A DNA stretch of 27,030 nucleotides from a virus (taxonomy: Duplodnaviria; Caudoviricetes). The notes under the pieces were generated by a model. That model saw only the letters and a list, made by a program, of their open reading frames with translations. It was not told the origin of the DNA and searched no databases. Made by a program: the position numbers and the translations under genes. Of this stretch, positions 23,851-27,030 are shown in pieces (within the stretch, counting starts at the first letter, position 1; every line of letters begins with the position of its first letter). The stretch is from IMG/VR virus record IMGVR_UViG_3300046705_000067, positions 1 through 27,030 of that record; one strand, given 5' to 3'.

Positions 23851-24528
23851 ATGGAAAATCAAAAACCAGAATTCACAGGGGTGTGGATGCCAAAGTACAT
23901 AATCGAGAACAAAGATCTTAAGCCAGTGGATAGGTTAATATACGCTGAAATATCGTGTTTCGATACATGTACCATGACAAACAAGACGCTCGGCGAGCGT
24001 GCTGGATGTAGTGAGGATACAGCTAGCAGAAGCGTAACCCGATTAAAGCAAGGAGGGTATATAAAGATAACAGGTTTCAATGGCAGAGTCCGCAAAATGC
24101 AGAGTCTACATGTTATGCCTCCGCAAAATGCAGAGGCAGCCTCTGCAAAAACACCCAAGCTGCCTCCGCAAAATAAGTCACAAGATAACAGTATAGAGAA
24201 CATACAGAAAACAGCTTTATCTAAAGATAAAGGGCTAATGCCCGAATATGGTAACCAAGACATAAATGAGTTGATGGCCTACTGGCACGAAATTCTAGGT
24301 TACAAGATAACGAGTAGAGTAAAGCCAAATCGGAATGCCTGCAATAATCTTGTGAAGAAATATGGCGTCGGTGGTGTCAAACAGCTAGTAGTTGCAGTGA
24401 ATGCAGCCCAGTCAGATAGATATTCACCCAGGATATCAGACTTCGTTACACTGCAAGGCAAGCTAAATGATCTGCTTGCATGGGCTAAGAACAGATCAAG
24501 TAATAAATCGGTAGGAGTAAAACTATGA
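23851..24528 (+). CDS. Phage replication initiator (N-terminal winged HTH)
   Basis: FTGVWMP..RLIYAEI..TNKTLGERAGCSEDTASRSVTRLKQGGYI, with internal iterons. Confidence 0.85.
   Translation: MENQKPEFTGVWMPKYIIENKDLKPVDRLIYAEISCFDTCTMTNKTLGERAGCSEDTASRSVTRLKQGGYIKITGFNGRVRKMQSLHVMPPQNAEAASAKTPKLPPQNKSQDNSIENIQKTALSKDKGLMPEYGNQDINELMAYWHEILGYKITSRVKPNRNACNNLVKKYGVGGVKQLVVAVNAAQSDRYSPRISDFVTLQGKLNDLLAWAKNRSSNKSVGVKL
24086..24174 (+). repeat. Iterons / putative replication origin
   Basis: GAGTCCGCAAAA (24086), GCCTCCGCAAAA (24117), GCCTCTGCAAAA (24139) and GCCTCCGCAAAA (24162), followed by an A-rich tract. Confidence 0.75.
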
Positions 24529-24791
24529 CTGACATAATGAAAAATGGATACTACATAAGGACATACGACCGTGACATATTTATATCTGAGTATCAGAAAG
24601 AGATACTGTACGCAGCAATGGAAGGAGAGAGAAAATTCTTCGATATAGATGATTGTAGGGTTATGATGAGCCAAGTAAAAGAAGTCGTGCCATCGAGAGA
24701 GTATGTTAAGTCGCCCAATGGCGGATACTACTGTCCAAAGCATAATGACAACTTCATCCCTAAGGGGAAGACGTGTGGGTATTGCAGATGA
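24525..24791 (+). CDS. Hypothetical protein with C-terminal CxxH...CxxC
   Basis: 88 aa, ATGA-coupled to rep, SD AGGAG. Confidence 0.75.
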   Translation: MTDIMKNGYYIRTYDRDIFISEYQKEILYAAMEGERKFFDIDDCRVMMSQVKEVVPSREYVKSPNGGYYCPKHNDNFIPKGKTCGYCR

Positions 24792-24985
24792 GTAAAATGA
24801 AATACTTTGGCCGCTACCTAGTAAGATGGACTGACTCAAACGGTAAGAAACACAAGAAAGAGTACGATGACTGGGAAACTGCACAGAAGGCACTACGCTG
24901 GCTAGGGAAGTCGAATGTGAGGCAAGCAGACATTGCAATACCATATGAGGACGTTAGGATGACTGATGAAGGACAAACTGATTAG
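24788..24985 (+). CDS. Small basic protein (AP2/arm-binding-like)
   Basis: YLVRWTDSNGKKHKKEY...AQKA beta-beta-alpha pattern, ATGA overlap. Confidence 0.6.
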   Translation: MSKMKYFGRYLVRWTDSNGKKHKKEYDDWETAQKALRWLGKSNVRQADIAIPYEDVRMTDEGQTD

Positions 24986-25142
24986 AGATACAGCAAGGGC
25001 CTGGCAGTTAGAGTACCACCAGGTGAGGGGCATGTTCAGGTGGCTGGACAAGAATATCAGCCCGGAGTACCGCTCGCAGGTGCTATCTAAGCTCTTGAGA
25101 GAAAGGTATAACAGAGTTGTGAGAAATAATGAGAAACAGTGA
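24966..25142 (+). CDS. 58-aa hypothetical protein
   Basis: Manual translation MKDKLIRDTARAWQLEYHQVRGMFRWLDK...NEKQ. Confidence 0.55.
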   Translation: MKDKLIRDTARAWQLEYHQVRGMFRWLDKNISPEYRSQVLSKLLRERYNRVVRNNEKQ

Positions 25143-25155
25143 GAAACAGTGAGAA
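25120..25155 (+). repeat. 10-bp tandem repeat x3.6
   Basis: TGAGAAATAA TGAGAAACAG TGAGAAACAG TGAGAA. Confidence 0.8.
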
Positions 25156-25168
25156 GTAGCTACATAGC

Positions 25169-25222
25169 TTGACATTTAACAGACCATGGCGTATAGTACT
25201 AACCGTAACTAAACGAAAGGAT
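25169..25222 (+). promoter_or_regulatory. Sigma70 promoter + conserved leader, copy 4
   Basis: TTGACA-17-TATAGT, then TAACTAAACGAAAGG. Confidence 0.9.
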
Positions 25223-25226
25223 TTAC

Positions 25227-25448
25227 ATGAGCAAACAACAATATAACGATTTAAACTGGACTGTGCTTTTACTATTGTCATTCTTCCTAGGTGGCATTGG
25301 TGCTGACAGATTCTACGTTGGAAAGATAGGGACAGGTATTGCAAAGCTTCTGACTCTGGGAGGATTAGGGATATGGTCACTTATTGATTTAATCCTCGTT
25401 GTATGCAATGCATTGAAGGACAAGGAAGGCCGTGTACCAAAACGCTAG
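25227..25448 (+). CDS. TM2-domain membrane protein
   Basis: LLSFFLGGIGADRFYVGKIGTGIAKLLTLGGLGIWSLIDLI. Confidence 0.9.
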   Translation: MSKQQYNDLNWTVLLLLSFFLGGIGADRFYVGKIGTGIAKLLTLGGLGIWSLIDLILVVCNALKDKEGRVPKR

Positions 25449-25544
25449 AAGCAGCTGGAGCACGTTATATATGCAAAGATGGTAAAGTACCAAGGTTCTG
25501 GCCTAAAACGTCTCACAGAAGCTTAGAACGTTTCACAGACACAC

Positions 25545-25581
25545 AAAAAAGCACCCTCAAGCGGCAGCCAGGGTGCTTTTT
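25545..25581. terminator. Bidirectional intrinsic terminator
   Basis: AAAAAAGCACCCT-12nt-AGGGTGCTTTTT. Confidence 0.85.
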
Positions 25582-25700
25582 ATATAAGTGTGCATGACCA
25601 TGAGCTACATTAGGTGAGCCAAAAGGACTCAATCATATGAGAGATTTTTCTAAAGGGTCATACACAGCGTAATGTACGAGTCGCTACGTATAGCGCTATG
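25545..25700 (-). ncRNA. Putative sRNA-L
   Basis: TGGTACAAT at 25714-06. Closing stem 25665-56/25599-88. Ends at the terminator. Confidence 0.5.
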
Positions 25701-25735
25701 CTTGTATTGTACCACACCAAAACGTTATAATGTAC

Positions 25736-25840
25736 AGTGTAGGCTGGGTGATTTCTTGAAACGCGGGTTACTCCATTGTTCAATATAATCCTTTCGGCCT
25801 AGCCTATACTTAGCACCTCAATCCCACTTGAGGTGCTTTT
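25736..25840 (+). ncRNA. Putative sRNA-R with anti-RBS segments
   Basis: TTGTAT-18-TATAAT promoter, 13-bp closing stem with two G-U pairs, and terminator AGCACCTCAA/TTGAGGTGCT-TTT. Confidence 0.7.
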
Positions 25841-26021
25841 ATTTCGTGTTGTAAGCTGACATGCCGTTCAGGCCTGCACCTACGAGCGCACCTAACAGCA
25901 CAACCCATGCTTCAACTTGGTCAGGGTTTACCACACCATAGATTGCAAGTAGTGCCATTACGGCAACACCGACTTGGTATAGGTACTTACGCACTTCTGG
26001 CTTCTTTAACTTGTCTAGCAT
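25839..26021 (-). CDS. Holin
   Basis: 60 aa with two TM helices (RKYLYQV...LAIYGVV). Directly after the endolysin. SD AAGGAG. Confidence 0.8.
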   Translation of the reverse strand: MLDKLKKPEVRKYLYQVGVAVMALLAIYGVVNPDQVEAWVVLLGALVGAGLNGMSAYNTK

Positions 26022-26031
26022 ATCTTACTCC

Positions 26032-26730
26032 TTACTTAACCTTATAGATTCCTGGCTTGAGATCTTTTACATTTACGCTCTTGGCAAAGCTTGCCCTGAA
26101 GTCTTGGGGTAAGTAGTCACCCAAGTAAACGTCGCCCTTGCCTGCACGCTTAACTTTTTTCTTGTATTCAGGCAGCTGCTTAACCCATGCCTCTAACTCG
26201 TCAAACGTATACTCGTTCATAAGGTCTTTCTTCTGCTGTGGGTCGCATGTACGCCCCAATAATGACCGGAACAAGTAGTCTACTCCTAGTCCTGATACCA
26301 TCTCTTCCTCCTTCCTTTTAGATTCTCTATCAATCCTGTCTAAATCTATAGAGCCAGGACAGCCCGTGTTAACGTAGTCACTATGTCGCTTGAGTGGTAA
26401 CTCACCTCGTCGGCTTCGGATGGCTCTTACAAGCTCTCCTGCCGTCTTATAGGTATCTCCTGGTGTATTTGGGTCGATCTCAATACCTATGGCGAAGTCG
26501 TTAGCCTGCAACGCATGCCACGCTTTATCGTTTTCTTCGGCTAACTGGTAAACGGTCTTATCGCTCACTACATAGTGAGCCGATACCTGTGATGATGGAT
26601 TCATGAGCCATGAGACGACTCCACCAAGGGATGGCTTCTTGTGAGGCTCGTCCCACCAATGTACAATCAAAACCTCCATGCGGTTTCCACCTATCCACTT
26701 GTTTGGGGTGATCTGTTTTATAAGGTTCAT
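26032..26730 (-). CDS. Endolysin, N-acetylmuramoyl-L-alanine amidase (Amidase_2)
   Basis: IVHWW, SAHYVV, AWHA, IGIEI and HSDY..TGCPG zinc ligands. Confidence 0.9.
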   Translation of the reverse strand: MNLIKQITPNKWIGGNRMEVLIVHWWDEPHKKPSLGGVVSWLMNPSSQVSAHYVVSDKTVYQLAEENDKAWHALQANDFAIGIEIDPNTPGDTYKTAGELVRAIRSRRGELPLKRHSDYVNTGCPGSIDLDRIDRESKRKEEEMVSGLGVDYLFRSLLGRTCDPQQKKDLMNEYTFDELEAWVKQLPEYKKKVKRAGKGDVYLGDYLPQDFRASFAKSVNVKDLKPGIYKVK

Positions 26731-26772
26731 CCTAATGCCCTCTTGCTATATGATGAGTCCGTTGCTTTTATC

Positions 26773-27030
26773 TCAGTCATACACATTCCCTACTCCAATC
26801 ATGCACTTTACTATCTCCCCATTCATGGTTTCCCATACATCATCTAATGAGTACCTAACCTCCCACCTGTTTAAACTCTGGTTGCATCTAATAATTGGGG
26901 TAACACCATCCTTTCCATCGTTTCCGTTTTTGCCATCTATCCCGTCTCTACCATTGCTCCCATCGACGCCTGGCACGCCGTCTTCCCCATCATTTCCGTC
27001 TTCGCCACTTGTGCTATCCATGTCATATTG
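26773..27030 (-). CDS. Collagen-like repeat protein (probably partial at the right edge)
   Basis: 12 consecutive G-X-Y triplets. The frame is open to the window edge. Confidence 0.75.
   Translation of the reverse strand, partial: QYDMDSTSGEDGNDGEDGVPGVDGSNGRDGIDGKNGNDGKDGVTPIIRCNQSLNRWEVRYSLDDVWETMNGEIVKCMIGVGNVYD

Noticed and set aside
23859-25597. ORFs 23859-24263(-), 24300-24944(-), 25087-25380(-) and 25403-25597(+)
   Set aside because: The first three are antisense to rep-operon or TM2 genes. The last overlaps TM2, crosses a terminator and has no SD.
1-27030. Stop-codon reassignment, introns/inteins, DGR or retron
   Set aside because: Core genes are intact in code 11 with all three stops used at gene ends. 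TerL is normal length and no reverse transcriptase is present.

Overview
This window is about 27 kb of a tailed dsDNA (siphovirus-type) bacteriophage genome in the standard genetic code. The minus strand carries most genes, in this order: early cassettes (Rad52/Sak-like recombinase, KGG-type proteins, YopX, many micro-ORFs, VRR-NUC), then a redox/glyco cluster (glutaredoxin-like CxxC, peroxiredoxin, Stealth-like phosphotransferase, nitroreductase, GT2, GNAT), then TerS/TerL, a portal-MuF fusion, a fibre and a beta-helix protein, a Com-like zinc finger, a protease-scaffold-capsid fusion, neck and tail genes, and the start of the tape measure. A plus-strand block holds the replication initiator (with iterons) and a TM2 gene. 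The lysis genes are at the right end. No integrase, CI repressor, tRNA or CRISPR array is visible. The most unusual content is non-coding, and it suggests a phage controlled largely by RNA: (i) four perfect TTGACA-17bp promoters sharing a TAACTAAACGAAAGG leader; (ii) a stem-closed sRNA complementary to the RBS of all four leaders, plus a divergent partner sRNA; (iii) a boxA-preceded tandem array of three stem-closed RNA domains, next to a gene that is itself boxA-preceded and stem-flanked; (iv) a two-promoter terminator/antiterminator switch ahead of the replication gene; (v) RBS-sequestering hairpins. All pairings were found by eye and all functions are inferences. A Saccharibacteria/CPR host is a tentative guess.
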